A stretch of 51,967 nt of DNA, from NCBI GenBank assembly GCA_964571255.1, contig CAZNAA010000001.1, forward strand, positions 82,167-134,133, given 5' to 3'. The notes beneath the pieces were generated by a model. It saw only the letters and a list, made by a program, of their open reading frames with translations. It had not been told where the DNA came from and searched no databases. How positions within the stretch are numbered: position 1 is the stretch's first letter; every line of letters begins with the position of its first letter. The position numbers were made by a program, and so were the translations under genes. This DNA comes from an uncultured Gammaproteobacteria bacterium (GTDB lineage Bacteria > Patescibacteriota > Microgenomatia > Levybacterales > UBA12049). Below are positions 16,098 to 25,204 of this stretch, one piece after another.

Positions 16098-18002
16098 ATG
16101 AAAAAAACATATTTTATTATCGATTTTGACAGTACGCTTATCCAAAAAGAAGGGTTAGATGAGCTTGCTGGAGTTGTGCTCAAAGATAATCCGAAAAGAG
16201 AAGAAATTCTTCTGAAAATTCAGGAGATAACTGATGCAGGGATGGAGGGAAAAATTGCTTTTGATGAGAGTTTGAATAAACGACTTCAGTTACTTTCAAT
16301 AACGAGTTCTTCTATTGAGGAAACACGTAATCTTCTAAAGAAACAAATTACTCCCTCTTTTTTGAAAAATAAATCATTCTTTTCCAAATTTAAAGACTCA
16401 ATTTATATTGTCTCAGGTGGGTTTAGAGAATTTATTATCCCTGTTGCTAAAGAGTTAGGGATTAAAGAGTCACATATTTTGGCAAATACATTTGTTCTTG
16501 ATAAAAAAGGAAACGTAGTGGGAGTAGATATCAAAAATCCTCTTTCTCAAAAAGGAGGAAAAGCAAGAGCAGTTGAGTCACTTAAATTAGAAGGTGAGAT
16601 ATTTGTTATAGGAGATGGATACACTGACTATGAAATAAAAGAGACGCTAAATGAAAAGGGGAGTAAAGAAATCAAATTTATTGCCTTTACAGAAAATAAG
16701 TATCGAGAGAGCGTTGTGACAAAAGCTGATTATTCTGTCCCTAATTTTGATGAATTTTTATATGTATATGGTTTTCCTCCCTCAACCTCCTATCCAAAGC
16801 ACCGGCTTAGTGTCCTGTTACTTGAAAATATTCATCAAAAAGCAATAATAGCTTTTGAAAAAGAAGGATATGCAGTAGAGTACTTTGAAAAAAGTATTTC
16901 TCAAGAAGTACTCAAAGAAAAGATTCCCCATGTTTCACTCTTAGGAATCAGATCAAAAACGCAAGTGACAAAAGATATTTTACATGAGGGAAAGCGCCTT
17001 TTAGGAATTGGAGCCTTTTGTATTGGAACAGATCAAATTGATTTGTTAGAAAGTAAGAAAAGAGGAGTAGCTGTTTTTAATGCACCGTATTCAAATACTC
17101 GAAGTGTGGTGGAGTTAGCAGTTGGCGAAATTATTATGCTGAGTCGGGGAGTATTTGAAAAAAGTAATAAGCTTCATCAAGGGATCTGGGATAAAAGCGC
17201 TACTGGTAGTATGGAGACTAGAGGAAAAACACTAGGGATTGTGGGATATGGGAATATTGGGTCTCAGTTATCTGTTCTTGCAGAGAACTTGGGGATGAAA
17301 GTAGTCTTTTTCGATACAGACGAAAAACTAGCCTTGGGAAATGCGAGAAAATGTGAGTCATTAAAAGAACTATTCAAAGTATCTGATGTTATTAGTCTTC
17401 ATATTGATGGATCTGAAAAGAATAGAAATTTGATTGATAAAAAGTCTTTTGCTCAAATGAAGCAAGGAGTTATCTTTCTCAATCTTTCTCGAGGTATTGT
17501 TGTTTCAATTCCTGATTTGACTGAAGCACTTAAAAGTGGGAAAGTACGAGCAGCTGCACTGGATGTTTTTCCAGAAGAACCAGAAGGAAAAGGAGACAAA
17601 TTTGTTTCTTCTCTTCAGCTCTTTCCCCAGGTTATTTTAACTCCACACGTTGCAGGAAGCACACTAGAGGCTCAAGAAGAAATTGGAGAGTTTGTGGCAA
17701 AGCGTCTTATTGAGTACTTAAATACGGGAAGTACCATGCTTTCAGTCTCTCTCCCGCAGATTAATCCACCTAAAATGGAAAAAACACATCGGTTGCTGCA
17801 TATTCATACAAACACTCCTGGAGTGTTGGCGAAGCTTAATCATGTTTTGGTAGCTCACAAGAGAAATATTTTAGGACAGTACTTAAAAACAGACGAGCAG
17901 ATAGGATATGTGGTTACTGATATTAATAAAAAATATGATGAAACTCTTTTATCAGAATTGAAACAAATTGACGGAACAATAAAAACGAGAATTCTTTACT
18001 AA
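16098..18002 (+). CDS. serA: fused phosphoserine phosphatase (HAD, SerB-like) / D-3-phosphoglycerate dehydrogenase (SerA) with C-terminal ACT domain
   Basis: The N-terminal ~220 aa carry the HAD motifs DFDSTL, VSGG and K...GDGYTD. The remainder has the 2-hydroxyacid dehydrogenase motif GIVGYGNIGSQL and HVAGST, then the ACT-like HRLLHIHTNTPGVLAKLN. I place the start at the ATG at 16098, because the GTG at 16056 in the ORF track would read through the terminator hairpin. Confidence 0.8.
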   Translation: MKKTYFIIDFDSTLIQKEGLDELAGVVLKDNPKREEILLKIQEITDAGMEGKIAFDESLNKRLQLLSITSSSIEETRNLLKKQITPSFLKNKSFFSKFKDSIYIVSGGFREFIIPVAKELGIKESHILANTFVLDKKGNVVGVDIKNPLSQKGGKARAVESLKLEGEIFVIGDGYTDYEIKETLNEKGSKEIKFIAFTENKYRESVVTKADYSVPNFDEFLYVYGFPPSTSYPKHRLSVLLLENIHQKAIIAFEKEGYAVEYFEKSISQEVLKEKIPHVSLLGIRSKTQVTKDILHEGKRLLGIGAFCIGTDQIDLLESKKRGVAVFNAPYSNTRSVVELAVGEIIMLSRGVFEKSNKLHQGIWDKSATGSMETRGKTLGIVGYGNIGSQLSVLAENLGMKVVFFDTDEKLALGNARKCESLKELFKVSDVISLHIDGSEKNRNLIDKKSFAQMKQGVIFLNLSRGIVVSIPDLTEALKSGKVRAAALDVFPEEPEGKGDKFVSSLQLFPQVILTPHVAGSTLEAQEEIGEFVAKRLIEYLNTGSTMLSVSLPQINPPKMEKTHRLLHIHTNTPGVLAKLNHVLVAHKRNILGQYLKTDEQIGYVVTDINKKYDETLLSELKQIDGTIKTRILY

Positions 18003-18003
18003 T

Positions 18004-19083
18004 ATGATTTATTTTACTGTTGGTCCAAGCCAAATTCATCCACACATTACTGCTTTTCTTTCTGACGCAGCTGCATCTGACATCATGTCACTTCATCATA
18101 GAAGTCCTGAGTTTCAGGAGTTGTATAAACAAACGAGTGAAGAATTAAAAAAACTTTTTGAAATACCCAGTAATTTTCACATTTTCTTTACGGCTTCCTC
18201 TCTGGAGAATATGGAGCGAGTTATTCAAAATACGGTTGAGAAAAAAAGTTTACATATCATAACTGGAGCTTTTGGAAAAAAGTTTTTTGAGATTGCAAAA
18301 GAGCTTGGCAAGTCGCCTGAAAAAATCGAGTTTCCCGTTGGTGAAAAAGTTTCTTTTGCATCTCTTCCTCCACTAACTGGTATTGAAGTCATCGCTCTTA
18401 CGCAAAACGAGACAAGTACAGGAGTAGTGGTTTCGATGGATGATATTTCAGAAATAAAGAAACAATATCCCTCTTCACTTATTGCACTTGATATTGTCTC
18501 TAGTGCTCCGTATGCACCTGTTGATTACTCTTTAGTGGATATTGCCTTTCTTTCCTCACAAAAACTTTTAGGACTTCCTGCAGGAGTTGGTATTCTTATT
18601 GTGAGTGAGAAAGCTATCAAAAAAGCACGAAGTCTTCAAGAAAAAGGAGTAAGTATTGGAAGTTTTCATAATTTTGTTGCACTTGAGGAAGCAGAAAAAA
18701 AGTTTTTAACAGTTGAGACACCAAATGTTTTAGGAGTATATCTTCTGTGGAGAGTACTCAAAGATATGAATAAAAAAACCATACAGTCTATTCGGAAAGA
18801 GATCAAGGATAAATCAGATAAACTCTATGCATATTTTTCTTCCCATTCAGAATTTTCTCCTGCAGTAAAAGACATTGAGGCTCGAAGTGATACAACGATT
18901 GTCATTGATGTGAAAGGAAAATCAGAAGACCTTCGCTCCTTTGCTATGAAAAAAGGATTTGCAATTGGTGAAGGGTACGGAGCTCTCTCCAAAGAGCAGA
19001 TTCGAATTGCTAATTTTCCATCTCATACGATAAAACAGGTAGAGGAGTTACTGACTGTTATTTCAGAATATAAAACAAATTAA
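18004..19083 (+). CDS. serC: phosphoserine aminotransferase (class V aminotransferase)
   Basis: The PLP-lysine context FLSSQKLLGLPAG is SerC-like, and the size is 359 aa. It lies between the serA fusion and glyA. Confidence 0.75.
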   Translation: MIYFTVGPSQIHPHITAFLSDAAASDIMSLHHRSPEFQELYKQTSEELKKLFEIPSNFHIFFTASSLENMERVIQNTVEKKSLHIITGAFGKKFFEIAKELGKSPEKIEFPVGEKVSFASLPPLTGIEVIALTQNETSTGVVVSMDDISEIKKQYPSSLIALDIVSSAPYAPVDYSLVDIAFLSSQKLLGLPAGVGILIVSEKAIKKARSLQEKGVSIGSFHNFVALEEAEKKFLTVETPNVLGVYLLWRVLKDMNKKTIQSIRKEIKDKSDKLYAYFSSHSEFSPAVKDIEARSDTTIVIDVKGKSEDLRSFAMKKGFAIGEGYGALSKEQIRIANFPSHTIKQVEELLTVISEYKTN

Positions 19084-19139
19084 TCTAGTAAGTTATAGTA
19101 GACAAGCTATATTGGAGAGATTAGAATGGAGGTACGTTT

Positions 19140-20462
19140 ATGAAGCATTTAAAGCAAGTTGATAGAGAAATTTATGATTTAGTAAAACAAGAAGAGAAAC
19201 GTCAACGAGACGTTTTGGAAATGATTCCTTCTGAAAATTATACTTCCAGTGCTGTTCTTGAAGCCCTAGGAACTGTTCTGAACAACAAATACTCCGAAGG
19301 ATATCCCAAAAAGAGGTACTATCAAGGGAATGAATTTGCCGATCAAGTAGAAATTCTGGCTCAAGAGAGAGCCAAGAAACTTTTTGGTGTAGAACACGTC
19401 AATGTGCAAGCATTATCAGGTGCTGCAGCAAATACGGCTGCACAACTTGCCGTTTTGGAAAACGGAGAGAAGATTATGGGGCTCAAACTCTCTTTTGGAG
19501 GACATCTAACTCATGGTGCACCGGGAACTTTTTCAAGCCGATTTTTTACTGCAGTGAATTACGAATTAGGAAAAGATGGAAAACTTGATATGGATGCGAT
19601 TGAGAAACAAGCCATAAAAGAGAAACCACAAATGATTATTTGTGGTTTTACCGCCTATTCTCGAACAATTGATTTTAAACGCTTTGGTGAAATTGCAGAA
19701 AAGGTGGGAGCATACCTTCTCGCTGATATTTCACACATTGCAGGACTTGTTTCAAGTGGAGTTCACCCTAGTCCCGTACCATATGCTCATATTGTAACGA
19801 CAACGACTCATAAAACGCTGAGAGGTCCTCGGGGTGCTCTTATTATGGTTACTGCCAAAGGACTTGAGAAAAATCCGGATTTATCGAAAAAGGTTGATAG
19901 TGCTATTATTCCAGGTCTTCAAGGAGGACCACATGATAATCAAACAGCAGCCATTGCTGTTGCTCTGAAAGAAGCTGATACTGCCGGTTTTGTTAAATAC
20001 TCTGAGCAGATTGTTGAAAACACGAAGTATTTGGGAGAGGAGTTAATGAGTAAAGGCTATGAGGTAGTTAGTGGAGGGTCTGATAACCATTTACTTCTTA
20101 TTGATTTGCGAAGTAAGAATGTCAATGGAAGAGTGGCTGCTCTTGCTCTTGAGAAATCCGGTGTAGTACTTAACTATAATGGAGTTCCCTATGACACAAT
20201 GCCCCCTCTCTACGCATCAGGTATTCGACTAGGGACACCAGCCATTACAACTCGGGGGATGAAGAAAAAAGATATGAAAAAAGTGGCTGAGTGGATAGAT
20301 AGAGCCATTAAGGAAGTTGAGGGAAGTATGCTTTCTGCAACAGATAAGGAACAAAGACAAGAACAAATGAAGGAATATAGACGACTTATTCGAAAAAATA
20401 AAAACTTAAGTAAGATTGCGACAGAAATAAAAGCCTTTTGTAAAGGATTTCCTCTTCCATAA
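19140..20462 (+). CDS. glyA: serine hydroxymethyltransferase
   Basis: Has SENYTS, YSEGYPKKRYY and the PLP site TTTTHKTLRGPRG. Confidence 0.95.
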   Translation: MKHLKQVDREIYDLVKQEEKRQRDVLEMIPSENYTSSAVLEALGTVLNNKYSEGYPKKRYYQGNEFADQVEILAQERAKKLFGVEHVNVQALSGAAANTAAQLAVLENGEKIMGLKLSFGGHLTHGAPGTFSSRFFTAVNYELGKDGKLDMDAIEKQAIKEKPQMIICGFTAYSRTIDFKRFGEIAEKVGAYLLADISHIAGLVSSGVHPSPVPYAHIVTTTTHKTLRGPRGALIMVTAKGLEKNPDLSKKVDSAIIPGLQGGPHDNQTAAIAVALKEADTAGFVKYSEQIVENTKYLGEELMSKGYEVVSGGSDNHLLLIDLRSKNVNGRVAALALEKSGVVLNYNGVPYDTMPPLYASGIRLGTPAITTRGMKKKDMKKVAEWIDRAIKEVEGSMLSATDKEQRQEQMKEYRRLIRKNKNLSKIATEIKAFCKGFPLP

Positions 20463-20533
20463 TTTTAAATTTCAGGCGAATAATATTCTTATTAGAGGGA
20501 ATTTCGTCTTTGTTTTAAATAAGTTTTTAATCA

Positions 20534-21094
20534 CTAGAAATTCTTTAAAAAGTATTCTTTTAGTTGAGCATAATGACCATCATTTCTGACATATGTCTCA
20601 TCATCGAGTAGTTCTGCAGTAGTTTTATCCTGTCTTTCTGGCATGAAGACTTTATCTGCATACCACCCACTCTTTCCTCTGGCTTCTGTTGCAATATTTC
20701 CTTTTTGATGTGTGTAGAAAGTCACTGGTTTACCACCAGGTTCACAATAAGAGATAGCATATTCCCAATATGCAGAGCGGTCTTCTTTTCCGTTCATGAG
20801 TGAGATAAATCCATCTGTCTCGATCCATTTCTCAATTTGATTTAAATATGGTCCAGGAAATCCTTTGAGGGCGTTGAAATAGAGTCCAATATCTTCTTTT
20901 ACTACAGGAAGGTTAAATTTATTTGCTGCCCACTCAGCTGAGAAACCCGCAATTTCCTGATTATTCTCGGCTTGGATCTCTGGGGTTTCTTCACTGAGTT
21001 GTTCCATCTGAATTTCTGAAGCATTGATAGCTTCAGAAAACTTCTGGAATTTGTAGTTATTTTTTGTTACAAAATATATTTTCTTCATGGTCAT
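20534..21094 (-). CDS. non-canonical purine NTP pyrophosphatase (Ham1/RdgB/ITPase family)
   Basis: Shows the Ham1-type pattern KIYFVTKNNYKF ... KEDIGLYFNALKGFPGPY ... SAYW. Confidence 0.75.
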   Translation of the reverse strand: MTMKKIYFVTKNNYKFQKFSEAINASEIQMEQLSEETPEIQAENNQEIAGFSAEWAANKFNLPVVKEDIGLYFNALKGFPGPYLNQIEKWIETDGFISLMNGKEDRSAYWEYAISYCEPGGKPVTFYTHQKGNIATEARGKSGWYADKVFMPERQDKTTAELLDDETYVRNDGHYAQLKEYFLKNF

Positions 21095-21117
21095 ATTATA
21101 CTTGAAATTGTCTAGAT

Positions 21118-21765
21118 TTAAAGAGTTAGTTCTCTCACTCTCTCCTGAAGAGTAGCCAAGTTTGCGGTTACATTATCAGTTCTGTTCCAAATCGTTTTTA
21201 AACTAGCACCTGTATGACGAGCAAAAGTGGATACTGTTTCTAAAGCGACATCTTGATGAAGAGCAATATCTTCAACAGTTTCTACTGGTCTTACTCGTGA
21301 GGCATCTTGAGCTCTCCAGGTAGCAATTTGGTCAGGTTCACTCCAAACAAATAAATAACCGTGTGGTTTCATCTTTTTATCAATATCGGGATTAGAAATA
21401 AGACTTTCTCTCTGTCTATAAACCACATGTGTATTTAGAGTTACCGGTTGTGCCTGAATAATTCTTCCAATAACTCCCAGCACACCTAGATGTACTTCAT
21501 CCTGGTTGAGTAATGTACGAATATCATCTCTGGTTTGAATTTGTGGAAATACACTCTTCAAATAAACAAATAGCTCAGTACTGAAACTAATAGATCTAAC
21601 AAATGAAGGTAACATCTCTTGTTTAGCTGCTTCATCTAATAAATAATCCTTTCCAGAACCAGGAACACCTGTTACTACAAGGATCTTGTTATGATCTTCT
21701 CCTTCTTTTGGACGATACCTTTCTATATATCTCATAGTTAATCTTTTATGTGGATATTCATCCAT
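21118..21765 (-). CDS. P-loop kinase resembling archaeal-type adenylate kinase (AdkA)
   Basis: P-loop ILVVTGVPGSGKD. It is collinear with the AdkA pattern as I recall it: VVTGVPG.G / SF...F / RD..R / ..TH / P....v...p..I..R...D.sR.R..E....I..HQ. Not verified by alignment. Confidence 0.5.
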   Translation of the reverse strand: MDEYPHKRLTMRYIERYRPKEGEDHNKILVVTGVPGSGKDYLLDEAAKQEMLPSFVRSISFSTELFVYLKSVFPQIQTRDDIRTLLNQDEVHLGVLGVIGRIIQAQPVTLNTHVVYRQRESLISNPDIDKKMKPHGYLFVWSEPDQIATWRAQDASRVRPVETVEDIALHQDVALETVSTFARHTGASLKTIWNRTDNVTANLATLQERVRELTL

Positions 21766-21777
21766 GGGGCAGTCTTG

Positions 21778-21806
21778 TTGAAATAATCCTCTCTTTATCC
21801 TATAAT
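21778..21806 (+). promoter_or_regulatory. sigma70-type promoter (TTGAAA-17-TATAAT)
   Basis: TTGAAA at 21778..21783, a 17-nt spacer, and TATAAT at 21801..21806, upstream of the 607-aa ORF. Confidence 0.55.
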
Positions 21807-21838
21807 TATATCATATCAACCTGCCATCAAAGTAAGTT

Positions 21839-23662
21839 ATGAGTAAATTTGAAACGTCTATACTCCATTCTAGAACAGGTGAATCATTTCACCGGCTAAA
21901 TGCTGCAGCAAGAAGAGAACAAATCTCCCAACTGAACTTATCCCTCACGACATACGGTGCTGACGCTGAACATATGACGAAAGCTTTCCAGGAAATGGAA
22001 AAACTAGGTTTTACTCCTGTAAGATTACAAGCTTTATTACAAGGAATGGCATGGCTAATGAGACGGGAACATATTACTTTACCTTCAGGAAAAAAACAGA
22101 AACAGGAAAGAGGTAAAGTAACAGGAGAGTTACTTGGACGAATGGATTTTCAGCAAGGGGAGAAAAATAACTTACAAGTAAATGTGCAGCTACAAGAAGG
22201 AGGAGAGCGAGATATCCTTAACGAGTCCTTAGCTTTTGGCGACCTACTCGCTGAAGATGTGAGGTACTTAGCTAGTGATACAATGGTTTTAGGGAAAGTA
22301 CTACAAAAGATAAAAGACTTGGCAAAAGAACGCCCCTTATTGGTTTTTGAAGAAAATATTCCAGGTCAGATTCCTGTCAATGGTCCTCGACTTCTTTTAC
22401 ATTCCGAAGCTTCTGCGATACATCCAGATATGAGAAGAAAAGCAGATCATATCATCACAGCACAGAAACCGGAAGGAATACGGTTTGGTGTACTTCGAGA
22501 AGTAGTAAGACAAACACATGTTGATGTAAGAAGAAAAGAGCTTACGCAAGCATTGGAAGGTCGTGAAATTATTACAGTACCTAAGTTTAGGTTAGATAAT
22601 TGGCCAACAGATGCTTTAATGAGTAGCACTCGAGCACAAGTAGCTGCTGTGGTTGATGAATATATTCGATCTCAAGGTATTCTTTGTGATCCTCAGGATC
22701 TGAAGTACCAAGCATTATTTCGATTAACAACTGTAGGTGTAGTTGATGCTTATACAGATGGACAAAATCTCGAAGATTATTTACAAGAACAAGGTGCTTA
22801 TAGGAACTGGCGTAATATCCTCACACTTGATAGAAATTTTCTCAAACAATTCAGAGTAAAACCAGAAGTGCTACATCTTATTATTGAGGAACAAGCATCA
22901 ATAATTCGAGATCGTCTCAGAAGAAGTTCTCTTCCTATTGAAAGATTACTACCTAGATCAGGAATGTTTGCAGAGCCAGGATGGGTGATTCAGAAAAGAG
23001 GAAATAGTATATTTGCTGCGCAAGAAGAAGGTGTTACTGCTGCAAGTGGACTAATTCCTTTGGAGTTCAAGGAAATAGATCCGGAACTAGCAAAACAGTT
23101 TCACGGTGATCTCCATTATATCCATACTCCTCGTGCTGATGTTGCGTTTGGTTTATATGCTAGTGGAGATGATTTACCATTTTCAGTATTAGCTGTTGAG
23201 AAAATCGATCGTGCATATAAACAGAATATGCTACTCATCCAAGGATACGATCCTCGATATTGTTATGATCTAACTAGGTTGTATAGTAGACCAGGAACAC
23301 CCGGAAATACGAGTAGTAGTATGTTTTCATTAACGTTTAACTACATGAAAACCGCTTATCCTGAAACTCAAGCAGTTGTTTCGGCTTTTATGCCTACGTA
23401 TGCAACAGGAATTTCTATGACATCAGGAGGTTTCGATAATCCAGTACTCATAAAGCCACTTGTTCATACCTTTGAAGAACGAACTATTAATGGAAGTTCC
23501 GTTTGGGAACACGTTACTAAGCGTCGTCAACAAGATGGTGGAGGAAGAAGAATAAGAAGTAAATTCCCACTACTTCCAACAGTTGAGCTTATGTCGTCTT
23601 TGCAAAGTTCACGATATGTGCCTCTATCTGGAGTAAAGGATTTTATGGTTGAAGTAATCTAA
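21839..23662 (+). CDS. large hypothetical protein (607 aa), no recognised domain
   Basis: Long uninterrupted ORF with its own canonical promoter. The C-terminal ~200 aa (LTRLYSRPGTPGNTSSSMFS...) faintly resemble an acyl-CoA N-acyltransferase motif-A region. This is unverified. Confidence 0.6.
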   Translation: MSKFETSILHSRTGESFHRLNAAARREQISQLNLSLTTYGADAEHMTKAFQEMEKLGFTPVRLQALLQGMAWLMRREHITLPSGKKQKQERGKVTGELLGRMDFQQGEKNNLQVNVQLQEGGERDILNESLAFGDLLAEDVRYLASDTMVLGKVLQKIKDLAKERPLLVFEENIPGQIPVNGPRLLLHSEASAIHPDMRRKADHIITAQKPEGIRFGVLREVVRQTHVDVRRKELTQALEGREIITVPKFRLDNWPTDALMSSTRAQVAAVVDEYIRSQGILCDPQDLKYQALFRLTTVGVVDAYTDGQNLEDYLQEQGAYRNWRNILTLDRNFLKQFRVKPEVLHLIIEEQASIIRDRLRRSSLPIERLLPRSGMFAEPGWVIQKRGNSIFAAQEEGVTAASGLIPLEFKEIDPELAKQFHGDLHYIHTPRADVAFGLYASGDDLPFSVLAVEKIDRAYKQNMLLIQGYDPRYCYDLTRLYSRPGTPGNTSSSMFSLTFNYMKTAYPETQAVVSAFMPTYATGISMTSGGFDNPVLIKPLVHTFEERTINGSSVWEHVTKRRQQDGGGRRIRSKFPLLPTVELMSSLQSSRYVPLSGVKDFMVEVI

Positions 23663-23833
23663 TGCAATTCTAGATAAGAAATTTGACGTAGTGTACATTT
23701 TATGCAAACAACTAAGTATAGCCTGGTATAACAGTACTATCGCTATCTTGTTTTATTAAGCTAATTTTGATAAGATATCCCTATCACACACATCTGTTTG
23801 ATGTCCTGTCTCTATAAGAGATGAAAAGAACAG

Positions 23834-24697
23834 ATGGAGGTTAAAGGACACACTATGAGAACAGTCACACTTGAAGAACTATTAGAAGCTGGGTGCCATT
23901 TTGGTCACCAAGTAACACGTCAAAACCCCAAAGCACGAGAATTCGTTTTCGAAGCCCGTGATGGAGTCCACATTATCGATCTTGCAAAAACCAAAGAAGG
24001 ATTGGAAGAAGCTGCAGTATTTGTTAAGGAATTAGCAAAGAGCGGTGGAACAATGGTTGTTCTTGGAGCAAAGCGTCAAGCAGAGCCAATTGTTCGTGAA
24101 CAAGTTAAAAGAGCACTTGATGCTCAAGCCACAGGTCTTTTCTATGTAACTAGTCGCTGGATTGGCGGACTTCTTACCAACTTTTCCGAAGTAATTAAAA
24201 ACATTAAGAAATTAGAAAATGTAACTGATCTGTTATCAAATGACACAAAAAGATCAAAATACACCAAAAAAGAACTTTCTTTAATGGATAAGGAAAAAAG
24301 TAAACTAGAAAAGTTCTATGGAGGAGTAGCAAATCTTTCCGCAGTTCCACAAGCTATTTTTATTATCGATACACACATGGAAGATTTAGCAGTAAGAGAG
24401 GCGAGTGCCATGAATATTCCAATTGTTGGAATTACTGATACGAATGCTGATCCAACCATGGTTACGTATGCAATTCCAGCCAATGACGATGCGGCAGGAT
24501 CAATTGAATGTATTACTGCATACATTATTGATGCTTGGATTGAAGGAAAAAGTGGAAAAGAAACAAAGAGTGAGAAAAAAGCAAAAGAAGAAACAGCTAG
24601 TGAAGAAGGAGTAGCACCTGAGGAAAAAACAGAAACACCTGCAGAGGTAAAAGAAGAAGCTCCTAAAAAAAAGAAAGCTAGTACAAAAGCTGAATAA
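23834..24697 (+). CDS. rpsB: 30S ribosomal protein S2
   Basis: Has LLEAGCHFGHQVTRQNPK and ITDTNADP, with a Lys/Glu-rich C-terminal tail. The ATG at 23855 (MRTVTLEELL) is an equally plausible start. Confidence 0.93.
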   Translation: MEVKGHTMRTVTLEELLEAGCHFGHQVTRQNPKAREFVFEARDGVHIIDLAKTKEGLEEAAVFVKELAKSGGTMVVLGAKRQAEPIVREQVKRALDAQATGLFYVTSRWIGGLLTNFSEVIKNIKKLENVTDLLSNDTKRSKYTKKELSLMDKEKSKLEKFYGGVANLSAVPQAIFIIDTHMEDLAVREASAMNIPIVGITDTNADPTMVTYAIPANDDAAGSIECITAYIIDAWIEGKSGKETKSEKKAKEETASEEGVAPEEKTETPAEVKEEAPKKKKASTKAE

Positions 24698-24704
24698 TAC
24701 TCCT

Positions 24705-25163
24705 ATGGCACAAGCTGATATCAAACTTCTTAAACAACTCCGTGAAGAAACCAGTGCATCTATTGCTGATTGTCGCATGGCACTTGAGGAATCCAACAAT
24801 GACGTAAAAAAAGCCCAAGAGTGGCTCAAAAAAAGAGGACTTGAGAAAGCAGAGAAAAAATCAGATAGAGAAACTAGTCAAGGAATGATTGAGTCCTATG
24901 TTCATAATGGACGAGTAGGAGTACTTTTAGAGATGCTTTGTGAAACTGACTTTGTGGCTAGAACTGATGACTTTAAAGGACTTGCGAAAGAAGTAGCCAT
25001 GCAGATTGCTGCAATGAAGCCTGAATCTGTTGAGGATCTTTTGAAGCAAGAATATATTAGAGACTCTGGTCAAACCATTGAGCAACTTGTTAAAAGTGTC
25101 ATTGGAAAGCTAGGAGAGAATATTACGGTTAAACGATTTACTCGTTTAGCCATAGGTGAGTAA
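24705..25163 (+). CDS. tsf: elongation factor Ts (short form)
   Basis: N-terminal UBA-like LKQLREETSASIADCRMALEESNNDVKKAQEWLKKRG and the TDFVA motif. At 152 aa it lacks most of the dimerisation/core duplication. Confidence 0.85.
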   Translation: MAQADIKLLKQLREETSASIADCRMALEESNNDVKKAQEWLKKRGLEKAEKKSDRETSQGMIESYVHNGRVGVLLEMLCETDFVARTDDFKGLAKEVAMQIAAMKPESVEDLLKQEYIRDSGQTIEQLVKSVIGKLGENITVKRFTRLAIGE

Positions 25164-25204
25164 TCTCACTTGATTCCTGGATTAGATCCTCGTACAATAC
25201 TGCT

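Noticed and set aside
24500-24829. 109-aa minus-strand ORF spanning the rpsB/tsf junction
   Set aside because: It is antisense to two highly conserved ribosomal-operon genes. Its Phe/Ser/Cys-rich composition arises from the complement of the Lys/Glu-rich tail.
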